64,000 bases of DNA from Candidatus Paceibacter sp. (GTDB lineage Bacteria; Patescibacteriota; Minisyncoccia; Phycocordibacterales; GCA-2747955): the NCBI GenBank assembly GCA_014237915.1, contig JABACC010000006.1, positions 9,510 to 73,509 of the forward strand. The letters are read 5' to 3'. The notes beneath the pieces were generated by a model, which was given only the letters and a program-made list of their open reading frames with translations, did no database searches and was not told the DNA's origin. Shown one piece after another: positions 18,060 through 27,671 of the stretch. A program made the translations under genes and the position numbers. Position 1 is the stretch's first letter; each line of letters begins with the position of its first letter.

Positions 18060-19748
18060 ATGAATTTTTTTAGAAAAAGAAAAAAAAAATATGATTTCGA
18101 TCTTTCTCCCGGAGAAGCTTTGTTTGATGCAAAAAATGTTTCAGGTCTTGAGCAGGAAAAAATGGAGGGAGTTTTTGAAAAACCTTTGGAAGAAAAAAAT
18201 TTGTACTATCCTTTTTATTTTTTTTTATTTTTAGTTTTAATTTTTTCATACAAAGCTTTTTCCTTACAAGTTTTGAAATATGATGATTTTTTAGAAAAAA
18301 GCCTAAATAATTTTATAAGAGAAGAAGTTTTGTTTTTACAAAGAGGTGTCGTTTACGACAGAAATGGAACCGAACTTATTTGGAATAACACAGATTTAGA
18401 AAAAGATTTTTCAGCCAGAGCCTATATTAAAAAAGAAGGCTTTTCTCATCTTTTAGGTTTTTTAGCATATCCGCAAAAAGATGAAAAGGGAATTTACTAC
18501 AGCAGGGAATACGAAGGAAAAGGCGGAATCGAAAAATCATTTAATAAGCAGTTAAACGGGGTTTTAGGAAAAAAAATTATTGAAATAGATGCTTTTGGAG
18601 AAACAATTTCACAAAATACAATTGTTCTTCCAGAAAAAGGAGAATCTTTAGTTCTCTCTATTGATGAGAAAATTCAAGAAAAACTTTTTCAGTTTCTAGA
18701 AGATTTTTCAAAGGAAAAAGATTTTCAAGCAGGAGCTGGAATGATAATGTCTCTTGAAAATGGAGAAATTTTAAGCGCTGTTTCTTATCCTGAATATTCT
18801 TCAGAAGTTTTAACTTCAGGAAAAAATAGGGAAAAAATCGAAGAATATATTACAGATCCCCGTGAACCATTTTTAAATAGGTTTTCTTTTGCTGAATTTA
18901 CTCCCGGATCAATTATGAAAATTTTTGTAGCAATGGGCGCACTAGAGGAAGGTTTAATAAATCCTAATGATAAAATTTTTACAAACGGAGAGCTTGTTAT
19001 TGAAAATCCATATAACCCAGAACTTCCTACAATTTTTCGTGATTGGAAAAATCATGGAAGTGTAAATATGTATGATGCTATCGCAAATTCTTCTAATGTT
19101 TATTTTTACATTTTAGGTGGAGGATTTTCAGATATTTCTGGTTTGGGAATTGAAAAATTAGATATTTTTTATAGAGATTTTGGGTTTGGAAAAATTACAA
19201 ACCTTGAAGGTTTTTCAGAAAAAGAAGGGGTTGTACCAAACCGAGTTTGGAAAAGAGAAGTTTTTAACGAAGGCTGGGGAATTGCCGACACATATTTTAC
19301 CTCAATCGGCCAGTTTGGAACTTTGGTTACACCAGTCCAGGCGCTTGTTGCCACAGGAGCAATTGCTACAGAAGGAAAAGTTTTTTCTCCAAAAATCTTA
19401 AAACAAAAAGAAGGAGAAGAAAATATTTCAGAAATTTTAGATTTTTCAAAAAATAATTTTCAAATTGTTAAAGAAGGAATGAGACAAACAGTTTTAAGGG
19501 GAACGACGCAGTCACTAAACTTTTCTTTTTTGAAAGTGGCTGCAAAATCAGGAACGGCTGAAGTTGGAAAAAATAGAGAAAAAGTAAATTCTTGGGCTGT
19601 TGGATTTTTCCCGTATGAAAATCCAAAATATGCTTTTGTCGTTATGGCAGAAGATGGCCCGCCTGAAAACAATTTAGCCGTTTCTGTTGTAATGTCCAAT
19701 CTTTTAAAATGGATGAATGAAAATGAGCTATCTTTTTATTGGAAATAA
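18060..19748 (+). CDS. Penicillin-binding protein 2-type transpeptidase
   Basis: N-terminal TM anchor. SxxK 'GSIMK', SxN 'SSN', KTG-like 'KSGTA'. Confidence 0.8.
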   Translation: MNFFRKRKKKYDFDLSPGEALFDAKNVSGLEQEKMEGVFEKPLEEKNLYYPFYFFLFLVLIFSYKAFSLQVLKYDDFLEKSLNNFIREEVLFLQRGVVYDRNGTELIWNNTDLEKDFSARAYIKKEGFSHLLGFLAYPQKDEKGIYYSREYEGKGGIEKSFNKQLNGVLGKKIIEIDAFGETISQNTIVLPEKGESLVLSIDEKIQEKLFQFLEDFSKEKDFQAGAGMIMSLENGEILSAVSYPEYSSEVLTSGKNREKIEEYITDPREPFLNRFSFAEFTPGSIMKIFVAMGALEEGLINPNDKIFTNGELVIENPYNPELPTIFRDWKNHGSVNMYDAIANSSNVYFYILGGGFSDISGLGIEKLDIFYRDFGFGKITNLEGFSEKEGVVPNRVWKREVFNEGWGIADTYFTSIGQFGTLVTPVQALVATGAIATEGKVFSPKILKQKEGEENISEILDFSKNNFQIVKEGMRQTVLRGTTQSLNFSFLKVAAKSGTAEVGKNREKVNSWAVGFFPYENPKYAFVVMAEDGPPENNLAVSVVMSNLLKWMNENELSFYWK

Positions 19749-20122
19749 AATTTAAATTAAAAAATTTTAATATGTTAAAAAAAATTGATTTTAAAAAATA
19801 TACTTTTTCAGAAAAAGTCTTAGAGGCCCTACTACTTGTTCCAAAAGGAAAAGTAACAACTTATGGAGATTTAGCAAAAGCTGTTTCTGGATCAAAAATG
19901 GGAGCGATGGCTGTTACATCTTGCCTTTTTTCTGAATACAAAAAGGCACAAAAAACAGGCAAAGAAATAGAAATTCCATTTCATCGAGTGGTTTATTCTG
20001 ATGGAAGAATTTGGACAAGTCCAAAAATAAAAAAACAAAGAGAAGAAATTTACAGAAAAGAAAAAATTGAAATTAAAAATGGAAAAATAAAAAATTTTGT
20101 AGAAATTAGATGGAAGTTTTAA
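19739..20122 (+). CDS. Alkyltransferase-like (ATL) protein: MGMT-type DNA-binding domain lacking the reactive Cys
   Basis: 'TYGDLAKAV...IPFHRVVYSDGRI' aligns to the MGMT 'PCHRVV' region, with Phe replacing Cys. The start may be the internal Met near 19772. Confidence 0.45.
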   Translation: MEIKFKLKNFNMLKKIDFKKYTFSEKVLEALLLVPKGKVTTYGDLAKAVSGSKMGAMAVTSCLFSEYKKAQKTGKEIEIPFHRVVYSDGRIWTSPKIKKQREEIYRKEKIEIKNGKIKNFVEIRWKF

Positions 20123-20133
20123 ATTTTGTTTTG

Positions 20134-20207
20134 TGCGAATGGTAGGACTCGAACCTACGACCTCATCATTATCAGTGATGCGCTCTAACCACCTGAGCTA
20201 CACTCGC
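20134..20207 (-). tRNA. tRNA-Ile (anticodon GAU)
   Basis: Reverse complement folds with acceptor gcgagtg/cattcgc, anticodon stem catca/tgatg with loop ctGATaa, T arm gtagg-ttcgagt-cctac. Confidence 0.8.
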
Positions 20208-20287
20208 ATTTTCAAAAAGCAAAATTGAGTATATCAAAAAAAAGCTTTTTTTCAATAATATTTTTCTGATATAATTTCTTTAAATTT

Positions 20288-21334
20288 ATGAATGAAAAAA
20301 TTTTAGTAAATAAAAAAAGCAAAAAGGAGCTTTTGGAAAATTTGGAAAAAGAAAATTTTTCAAGAAAAACTTTGTCTTTTTATAAATATGTCAAAATTGA
20401 AAATCCTAAAAAAATGCGTGATTTTTTGTATGAAAATTTTCAGAAAATTGGAATTTTAGGAAGAATTTACGTAGCAGAAGAAGGCATAAATGCTCAAATA
20501 AATATTCCAGAACATAATTTTGAAAAATTTGATAATTTTTTAAAAAGTATAAAAATTTTTAAAGATATTCCTTTTAAAATTGCTCTTGAAGAAAAAAATT
20601 TTTCTTCTTTTTTGAAATTAAAAATTATTGTTAAAGAAAAAATTGTAGCTGACGGGATTGAAGATAAAAATTTCGATCCTTCCAAAACTGGGGAATACGT
20701 TGAAAATCTTGATGAAATTCATAATTATTTAGATGATCAAAATTCTTTGGTGGTGGATATGAGAAATTCTTACGAGTCTGAAATTGGCCATTTTAAAAGC
20801 GCTCACATAATGAATGTTGATACTTTTCGTGATCAGATTTTTTCTATTGAAAAAGAACTTGGAGAAAAAAAAGATAAAAAAGTTTTACTTTATTGCACCG
20901 GCGGAATTCGTTGCGAAAAAGCTTCAGCATGGTTTAAATATAAAGGTTTTGAAAATGTAAAACATATTAAAGGTGGAATTATCGAATACGGAAAAAAAAT
21001 CCGCCAGTCTTCTCAAAAGTCTCGGTTTTTGGGAACCAATTTTGTTTTTGATGAAAGGCTTGGAGAATCAGTTACTGAAGATATTATTTCTTTTTGTCAT
21101 TTATGCAGAAAAAATAAATCAAATAAATATGTGCATTGTAAAAATCAGGCTTGTCATAATTTATATCTTTCTTGTGGGGCTTGTAATAAAAAAAAATATG
21201 GATATTGCTCTTTTTTCTGTATTTTTTTCGACAAAATTCCTGCAAAACTAAAAAAATTTTTAGTTAGAAATTTTTGGAAAAAAAATCCAAACAAAAAATT
21301 TAGAAAAAATAAATTTAAAAGAAAATATGTTTAA
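20288..21334 (+). CDS. Rhodanese-domain protein of the TrhO/YceA (UPF0176) family, with a Cys-rich C-terminal tail
   Basis: Rhodanese active-site loop 'YCTGGIRCEKA'. C-terminal 'CHLCRKNKSNKYVHCKNQACHNLYLSCGACNKKKYGYCSFFC'. Confidence 0.65.
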   Translation: MNEKILVNKKSKKELLENLEKENFSRKTLSFYKYVKIENPKKMRDFLYENFQKIGILGRIYVAEEGINAQINIPEHNFEKFDNFLKSIKIFKDIPFKIALEEKNFSSFLKLKIIVKEKIVADGIEDKNFDPSKTGEYVENLDEIHNYLDDQNSLVVDMRNSYESEIGHFKSAHIMNVDTFRDQIFSIEKELGEKKDKKVLLYCTGGIRCEKASAWFKYKGFENVKHIKGGIIEYGKKIRQSSQKSRFLGTNFVFDERLGESVTEDIISFCHLCRKNKSNKYVHCKNQACHNLYLSCGACNKKKYGYCSFFCIFFDKIPAKLKKFLVRNFWKKNPNKKFRKNKFKRKYV

Positions 21335-21369
21335 AAAATAGTATTTTTTAATATGTTATAATTTTTTTT

Positions 21370-22092
21370 ATGAATTTAAAAAACTTAATTTTTTTAGACA
21401 CAGAAACAACAGGGGTAGAAAAAGAAGACAGGCTTTGCCAAGTGGCATATATTTTTGATGGTAAAGAAAATAACAATTTTTTCAAACCACCACTTCCAAT
21501 AAAAGCTGAAGCATCAGCTATTTCCCATATTACAAACGATCAGGTTAAAGATTGTGAGGTTTTTGAAAATTCCAAAATGGCCGAAAATTTACAAAAAATT
21601 TTACCAGAAAATATTTTAGTGGCTCATAATGCAAGGTTTGATATTGATATGCTTAAAAAAGAAAATTTAGAAATTTCAAATTTTATAGATACTTTAAAAG
21701 TTGCACAGGTTTATGACAAAGAAGGGTATTTTAAAAAATATAGTATGCAATATTTGCGATATGAAATGAATTTGGATGTGAAAGGAGCGCAAGCTCACGA
21801 CGCTTTGGGAGATATTTTGGTTTTAGAAAAACTTTTTATGAGATTATTTGAGAAAAGAAAAAAAGAAGGTTTGGCCGAAGGAGAAATTTTAGAAGAGATG
21901 ATGGAAATTTCTAAAAATCCAATTTTAATTAAAAAAATTTCTTTTGGAAAATATACTGGAAAATCGGTGGAAGAAATTTTAAAAGAAGACAAAGGTTATT
22001 TAGAATGGCTTTTAGCTCAAAAAGAAAAACAAGCCGGAGAGGGAAATGTGGATGAAGATTGGCTTTTTACTTTAAAAAAATATTTAAAATAG
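21370..22092 (+). CDS. DEDDh 3'-5' exonuclease (DnaQ/epsilon-like) with a C-terminal extension
   Basis: Exo I 'FLDTETTG', Exo II 'AHNARFDIDML', Exo III 'HDALGD'. Confidence 0.75.
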   Translation: MNLKNLIFLDTETTGVEKEDRLCQVAYIFDGKENNNFFKPPLPIKAEASAISHITNDQVKDCEVFENSKMAENLQKILPENILVAHNARFDIDMLKKENLEISNFIDTLKVAQVYDKEGYFKKYSMQYLRYEMNLDVKGAQAHDALGDILVLEKLFMRLFEKRKKEGLAEGEILEEMMEISKNPILIKKISFGKYTGKSVEEILKEDKGYLEWLLAQKEKQAGEGNVDEDWLFTLKKYLK

Positions 22093-22100
22093 AAAATTTT

Positions 22101-22148
22101 GGGTGTGAAAAAATGGCCCCTTCGGGGCCATTTTTTCACACCCAAAAT
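22101..22148. terminator. long palindromic bidirectional terminator (gggtgtgaaaaaatggcccc-ttcg-gggccattttttcacaccc)
   Basis: Sits between the convergent genes ending at 22092 (+) and 22170 (-). Confidence 0.7.
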
Positions 22149-22169
22149 TTTCCCTAAAAATACTTTAAA

Positions 22170-23063
22170 TTATTTTTTATGAAATTTTTTATGAACTTCT
22201 TTTAAAAACCTGTCTGATAAATTTGTATAAATTTGCGTGGTGTTTATTGAAGCGTGGCCGAGCATCATTTGAACAGATCTTATGTCAGCTCCATTTTGCA
22301 AAAGCTCGGTTGCATAAAAATGTCTAATTGTATGGGGGGTTAATTTTTTAAAAATTCCCGCCTGAGCCCCTCTTTTTTTTAAAATTCTTTGAATTGTTCG
22401 TGGATCAATATTTTTTCCTGTGGAAGTTAAAAACAAAAATTCTGGAAATAAAAATTTTCCTTCTTCTTTTAATTTTTCTTGATAATTTTTAATAGTTTTT
22501 TTTGCATCATCTGAAAGAAAAACAATTCTTACTTTTTCACCTTTTCCTCTGATTGAAAATTCATCTTGGTCTAAATCTAAATCAGATTTTAAAGAACACA
22601 GCTCAGAAACACGAAGCCCAGTCGAATACAAAAGCTCTAAAATTGCTAAATCTCGAAAGTCTTCAATTTTTTTAAGCGGAAAAGAAAGAAGCCTTCGAAA
22701 TTCTGTTTTGTTTACAAGCTCTAGTTCTCTTTGAGGGGTTTTAGCTAGCTCAATTTTTTCAGGAGCTAAAGATTTTATATCATTTTTTGAAAGATATTTT
22801 AAAAAAGAACGCAAAGCTATCATATGATAATTTTGAGTATTTTTTTTTAAAGAATTTCCTTTTTCACCCCCTTGCCGAGCAATAAAAAGGCGAAACTGCC
22901 TTGTTGAATTTTTGTCTATTTCTACAGAGTTTTCGATTTTTTGAGATTTAAAAAATCTATCTAAATATCTTTCATAATTTTCAATAGTTTTTAAAGACCT
23001 TCCTTTTTCAATTTCTAAATATTGTAAAAATTCTTTTTTTAATTCTTGAATATTTTGCGACAT
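22170..23063 (-). CDS. Tyrosine site-specific recombinase XerC/XerD family
   Basis: C-terminal catalytic region 'HTIRHFYATELLQNGADIRSVQMMLGHASINTTQIYT', the R..H-x-x-R...Y pattern. Confidence 0.8.
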   Translation of the reverse strand: MSQNIQELKKEFLQYLEIEKGRSLKTIENYERYLDRFFKSQKIENSVEIDKNSTRQFRLFIARQGGEKGNSLKKNTQNYHMIALRSFLKYLSKNDIKSLAPEKIELAKTPQRELELVNKTEFRRLLSFPLKKIEDFRDLAILELLYSTGLRVSELCSLKSDLDLDQDEFSIRGKGEKVRIVFLSDDAKKTIKNYQEKLKEEGKFLFPEFLFLTSTGKNIDPRTIQRILKKRGAQAGIFKKLTPHTIRHFYATELLQNGADIRSVQMMLGHASINTTQIYTNLSDRFLKEVHKKFHKK

Positions 23064-23122
23064 ATAAATATTATAGCAGTTTTTGTTTTTATTTTTTTAG
23101 AAATCTAATGTGCTAAAATATT

Positions 23123-23842
23123 TTGATGAAAATAGATTTCCCAATTAGAATAAATAGATATTTATATTTAAAAAATATTTGCTCAAGAAGAGAAGCAGAT
23201 AGGTTTATAGAAAAAGGCTTTATTTTGGTAAATGGCAAAAAAGCAGTTTTGGGCCAAAAACTTCAAAAAACTGACGAAGTTGTTTTAAACGAAAAAGCCA
23301 AAAAAAAATTACAAGGAAAAATTTTAATTGCTTTTTATAAACCTGTTGGAGTTGTTTCTCATAATCCAGAAAATGATCAAAAAGAGCCAAATGATTTTCT
23401 GCCTTTTTCAGAAAAACTCTCACCAATTGGCAGATTAGACAGAGCGTCGGAAGGACTTTTGCTTTTGTCAAACGATGGAAAACTTTTTGACAAAATGCTA
23501 AATCCAAAATTTTCTCATCAAAAAGAATATGAAGTTGAAACAGATAAAAGAGTTGATAAAAATTTTATAAAAAAAATGGAAAGCGGGGTAAATATTGAAG
23601 GGTACAAAACGCGGCCTGCAAAAATTAAAAAAATTTTTCCAAGAGCTTTTAATGTTATTTTAACAGAAGGTAAAAAACATCAAATTAGGAGAATGTGTGC
23701 AGCTTTAGGTTTGCAAGTACAAAAATTGAAAAGAATTCGTTTTATGAATATTAAATTGGGAAATTTAAAAGAAGGAGCTTTTAGAAAAATAGAAGGAAAA
23801 GAATATTTGGAATTATTGGAAAAATTAAAAATAGAAAAATAA
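23123..23842 (+). CDS. Pseudouridine synthase, RsuA/RluB family
   Basis: N-terminal S4 domain. Catalytic 'GRLDRASEGLLLLSNDG'. Confidence 0.75.
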   Translation: MMKIDFPIRINRYLYLKNICSRREADRFIEKGFILVNGKKAVLGQKLQKTDEVVLNEKAKKKLQGKILIAFYKPVGVVSHNPENDQKEPNDFLPFSEKLSPIGRLDRASEGLLLLSNDGKLFDKMLNPKFSHQKEYEVETDKRVDKNFIKKMESGVNIEGYKTRPAKIKKIFPRAFNVILTEGKKHQIRRMCAALGLQVQKLKRIRFMNIKLGNLKEGAFRKIEGKEYLELLEKLKIEK

Positions 23843-24010
23843 AAATTTTAAAATCCAAAAAATTGGGGGCAAAAATTTAAAAACGAAGTTTTTAAATTTT
23901 TGCCCCCAATTTTTTTAATTTTTATTTTCTCAATTTCTTAAAATTTTTAAATTTTTGTGGGCGCCCTTTGGGCGCCCAGCACCACCCTCCAAATTTTTTC
24001 AAAAAAAAAC

Positions 24011-24038
24011 TTGCATAATTTTTCCACATCCTTATAAT
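24011..24038 (+). promoter_or_regulatory. near-consensus sigma70-type promoter (TTGCAT - 16 nt - TATAAT)
   Basis: Read directly from the sequence. Followed by a structured 5' leader of about 75 nt with tccttaa/ttaagga hairpins, then an AGGAGG SD. Confidence 0.5.
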
Positions 24039-24116
24039 ATTATTTAGAAATCCTTAAAGTTTTTTTTAAGGATAAGGTGTCCCCAAAGTTTCTTAAGGAC
24101 AAAGCAGGAGGAAAAA

Positions 24117-24332
<216 letters not shown>

Positions 24333-24511
24333 TAAGAAAGGAGGTGAAAATATCTTCCTGCTACTTAGCAGGTCGTATTTTTAAAAAGCGCACTGGGGGA
24401 TGCGCTTTTTTTACTATTTTTATTTTTTAGATTTTTAGAGAAAAATTTTAAAATGAGTGTGGGCGCCCGAAGGGCGCCCACAAAAATTTTAAAAATTTTC
24501 TAAAGTCTTTG

Positions 24512-24584
24512 TCCGTCTGGAAGGATTCGAACCTTCGACCGTCAGCTTAAAAGGCTGCTGCTCTACCAACTGAGCTACAGACGG
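24512..24584 (-). tRNA. tRNA-Lys (anticodon UUU)
   Basis: Reverse complement folds with acceptor ccgtctg/cagacgg, D arm gctc/gagc, anticodon loop cTTTtaa on stem cagc/gctg, T arm gaagg-ttcgaat-ccttc. Confidence 0.7.
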
Positions 24585-24639
24585 ATATTTATTTTTTAAA
24601 TTTCATTATTATTTTATGACGGTCTGACCGTCAGCTACA

Positions 24640-24694
24640 ATCGTCTTAATTAGGCTTTTGCTCTACCAACCAAAGCTACAGACGGATATTTATA
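24640..24694 (-). pseudogene. degenerate partial copy of the tRNA-Lys 5' half plus leader (tRNA remnant)
   Basis: tccgtctgtagctttggttggtagagcaaaagcc versus intact tccgtctgtagctcagttggtagagcagcagcc. No anticodon arm or T arm follows. It lies about 55 nt upstream of the intact gene. Confidence 0.6.
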
Positions 24695-24777
24695 ATTTTG
24701 AAATTTTATCAAAAAAATAATTTTTTTCAAGTTTGGATTTTGCGTAGCAAAATCCAAATTTTTAAAATTTTGCAAAA

Positions 24778-25479
24778 CTAAAGATTTAAAATAAATTTTT
24801 CTAAAACAATATTTAAATCTTTTTCTCCCAGTCTCACTTTATGATAATCATTTAAAAGCTCAAAATATTTTTCTTCCACTTCTTTTTTTTGCCAATTTTT
24901 TAAATTATTTTTAATTTTTGAAATAATAAAAGGTTTTAAGGTTGAACTATCTTCATTTAAAACAAGTAAAATATTTTTTAACTGCCACAAAAAAACTCCA
25001 TAAATATTTTCATCTTCGATGTTTTGTATTTTAGCCTTATGAAATTCAAGCCATAATTTTTTTTTATTTTTTGAAAGCATTAAATCAGTTAAAGAAAAAA
25101 CATTAAAATCTTTTTTAAAATTTTTTTCTTCAAACTCAAAAATCCTTTTTGTTATTTTTTTTATTTTATCTAAATTTCTTTTATCAATTTTTTCTTCATC
25201 TAAAATAAAAGCATTTTCTGATTTTTCCAACTGCTCTAAATTTTTAAAAACAAAATCAGAAAAAACTTTTTCTTCCAAAATTCCCGAAAGAGAAAAAATA
25301 CTTTTTTTTTCAAAAAGCCCAGTTTGAAAAATTTCTGATTTTAATATTTCAATATCTAAATTAAATTTATCGTAAGAGAAAAATTGAGCGTCTGGCTTTT
25401 TTTCTTTTAGATCAGAAATGACAACATCTTTTTTTTCAATTCTTTTTTTTTGATCTTTTCCTGTAATAAAAATTATCAT
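24778..25479 (-). CDS. hypothetical protein, possibly DNA polymerase III delta subunit-like
   Basis: 233 aa with only weak resemblance to HolA. Upstream of the tRNA-Lys on the same strand. Confidence 0.25.
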   Translation of the reverse strand: MIIFITGKDQKKRIEKKDVVISDLKEKKPDAQFFSYDKFNLDIEILKSEIFQTGLFEKKSIFSLSGILEEKVFSDFVFKNLEQLEKSENAFILDEEKIDKRNLDKIKKITKRIFEFEEKNFKKDFNVFSLTDLMLSKNKKKLWLEFHKAKIQNIEDENIYGVFLWQLKNILLVLNEDSSTLKPFIISKIKNNLKNWQKKEVEEKYFELLNDYHKVRLGEKDLNIVLEKFILNL

Positions 25480-25550
25480 AAAAAAATTATAGCAAAAAAA
25501 TTTTAGAAATTGTGTTAATATAAAATTATTATTAATATAATTATATTTTT

Positions 25551-25916
25551 ATGAATACAAATTTAAAAAGAAATCTTATAAATTCAGTAGTTTATGGAGT
25601 TTTATTTTATGTTGTTGTAAATCTTGTTTTCTACTTCAACTTCGGAAACATAGACTTTAGATGGATTGACCTTATTTTTATTATTGTTCCTTTTATTAAT
25701 TTTTTCTTTGCAGGGTTTTTATCACAAAAATCAGACACTAAATTTAAAAAATATTTTGTTTGGGTTTTCTTTGTTTTATCAGTTCCTGTTTCTTATTATG
25801 GATTAATAATGGGAGGACTTCTAGGAATTTTAGGTATTATTTTATATGGAATAGTTCCAGTTTTTTTATTAACCGCTATTGGTTTTTGGATTGCAAAACT
25901 TTTGAATTTTAAATAA
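25551..25916 (+). CDS. hypothetical membrane protein (4 predicted TM segments)
   Basis: Hydrophobic segments only. Confidence 0.35.
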   Translation: MNTNLKRNLINSVVYGVLFYVVVNLVFYFNFGNIDFRWIDLIFIIVPFINFFFAGFLSQKSDTKFKKYFVWVFFVLSVPVSYYGLIMGGLLGILGIILYGIVPVFLLTAIGFWIAKLLNFK

Positions 25917-26038
25917 AATCAGAGACTAAATTTTGGAGAAAAAAAATGATGCTTTGCATCATTTTTTTTCTCCAAAATTTAGTCTCTGATTTATTTTTTT
26001 GTTATAATTTAAAAATGTTAAAAAATGAAGATAAGAAA

Positions 26039-27397
26039 ATGGAAGAAATTATTTCTTTTTGTAAGGAAAAAGGTTTTGTTTACAGAAGCTCAGAAATTTA
26101 TGATGGAATTTCAGGCTGCTACGATTACGGCCCAAACGGAGTGGAGCTTTTAAAAAATATTAAAGATTTTTGGTGGAGAGAAAATGTTTACAAAAAAAAT
26201 AATTTTTATGGAATCGATTCAGCCATTTTTAAAAATCCAAAAGTTTGGGAAGCCTCAGGGCACACAGAAGGTTTTTCAGATCCAATGGCAGAATGCAAAA
26301 ATTGTAATACAAGAATCAGAGTAGACAAAGAGCTGGAAAAAATCGGAGAAGAGGCAGACGAAAAAATGCCTGAGTCTGAAATAAATTCTCTTTTTGAAAA
26401 AAACAAAGAAAAAATAAAATGCCCAAAATGCGGAGAAAAAAATTTTTCAAAGGCAAAAGCTTTTAATCTTCTGGTAAAATCAAATTTAGGAGATTTTACA
26501 GAAAAGTCTTCTTCGCCAGTTTATCTTCCAGGGGAAGCTTCTCAAGGAATTTATTTAAATTATAAAAACATAGTTCAATCTTTTTCTCCAAAAATTCCTT
26601 TTGGAATTTCACAAATCGGAAAAGCTTTTAGAAATGAAATTTCCCCAAGAAATTTTCTTTTTAGAACAAGAGAGTTCGAGCAGGCCGACACTCAGTTTTT
26701 TATTGCTCCAAACGAAAATGTTGAAAACTTCAAAAAAACAAAAGAAGAAAGATTTTCTTGGTACAAAAAACTTGGCTTGAGTGAAAAAAATCTAAAATTT
26801 AAAGATCATCAAAATTTAGTTTTCTACGCTGCAGAAGCTACAGATATTGAATACAATTTTCCAGATTTTGGTTTTGAAGAAATTGAAGGAATTCATGACA
26901 GAACAGATTATGATTTATCAGTTCATCAAAAAAATTCTGGCAAAGATTTAAATTACAACAACGACGGAGAAAAATTTTTACCTTGGATAATTGAAACCTC
27001 AATGGGGCTCGGAAGAGTTTTTCTAGCTGTTATTTGCGAATTTTACAGAGAAGAAATTTTGGAAGACGGAGAAAAAAGAAGAGTTCTTTCTTTACCAGTT
27101 TTTTTAGCGCCCACAAAAATTGCAGTTTTACCATTAATGAAAAAAGATGGCCTAAAAGAAGAAGCTTTTAAAATTTTTCAAAAACTTTCAGAAAATTTTG
27201 TTTGCAGTTTTGACGAAACTGGATCAATCGGAAAAAGGTACAGAAGGGCAGATGAAGTGGGAACTCCATATTGTTTAACTTACGATTACGATTCAAAAGA
27301 AAATCAAGATGTCACAGTTCGAGATCGAGATTCAATGAAACAAGAAAGAATAAAAATTTCAGAGTTAGAAAATTATTTAACAGAGAAGTTAAAATAA
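26039..27397 (+). CDS. glyQS: Glycyl-tRNA synthetase, alpha2-dimer type
   Basis: 'MEEIISFCKEKGFVYRSSEIYDGISGCYDYGPNGVELLKNIKDFWWRENV' is the typical GlyRS N-terminus. The anticodon-binding C-terminus is present. The listed ORF start 25946 lies in a long palindrome (25925..25990), so a later ATG is used. Confidence 0.85.
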   Translation: MEEIISFCKEKGFVYRSSEIYDGISGCYDYGPNGVELLKNIKDFWWRENVYKKNNFYGIDSAIFKNPKVWEASGHTEGFSDPMAECKNCNTRIRVDKELEKIGEEADEKMPESEINSLFEKNKEKIKCPKCGEKNFSKAKAFNLLVKSNLGDFTEKSSSPVYLPGEASQGIYLNYKNIVQSFSPKIPFGISQIGKAFRNEISPRNFLFRTREFEQADTQFFIAPNENVENFKKTKEERFSWYKKLGLSEKNLKFKDHQNLVFYAAEATDIEYNFPDFGFEEIEGIHDRTDYDLSVHQKNSGKDLNYNNDGEKFLPWIIETSMGLGRVFLAVICEFYREEILEDGEKRRVLSLPVFLAPTKIAVLPLMKKDGLKEEAFKIFQKLSENFVCSFDETGSIGKRYRRADEVGTPYCLTYDYDSKENQDVTVRDRDSMKQERIKISELENYLTEKLK

Positions 27398-27581
27398 ATT
27401 TTTAAAAGTTTGGAAATTTTTAAATTTTTTTAAAAAATAATAAATAAACATTGGAAAATAAAATGGCGGAAAAAGCTTCGCTTTTTCCGCCCTCAAATTT
27501 TAAAATTTTTTTTTTCAATTTTAAAATTTTTTGGTGGATTTTGCCTCCGGCAAAATCCACTAAAACCCCCCAGATATTTTA

Positions 27582-27610
27582 TTGACTTTTAAATAAATTT
27601 ATGTTAATAT
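27582..27610 (+). promoter_or_regulatory. near-consensus sigma70-type promoter (TTGACT - 17 nt - TAATAT)
   Basis: Read directly. Followed by a 5' stem-loop taccttgagaa-atag-ttctcaaggta, an AGGAG SD and ATG 27672. Confidence 0.5.
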
Positions 27611-27671
27611 CAGTTACCTTGAGAAATAGTTCTCAAGGTAAAATAAAATTTTCTTTGAAAGGAGAAAAAAA

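Noticed and set aside
22170-23063. Integrase marking a large genomic island
   Set aside because: The protein resembles chromosomal XerC/D. No cargo or attL/attR pair could be delimited. The nearby tRNA-Lys duplication is kept as a separate, lower-confidence finding.
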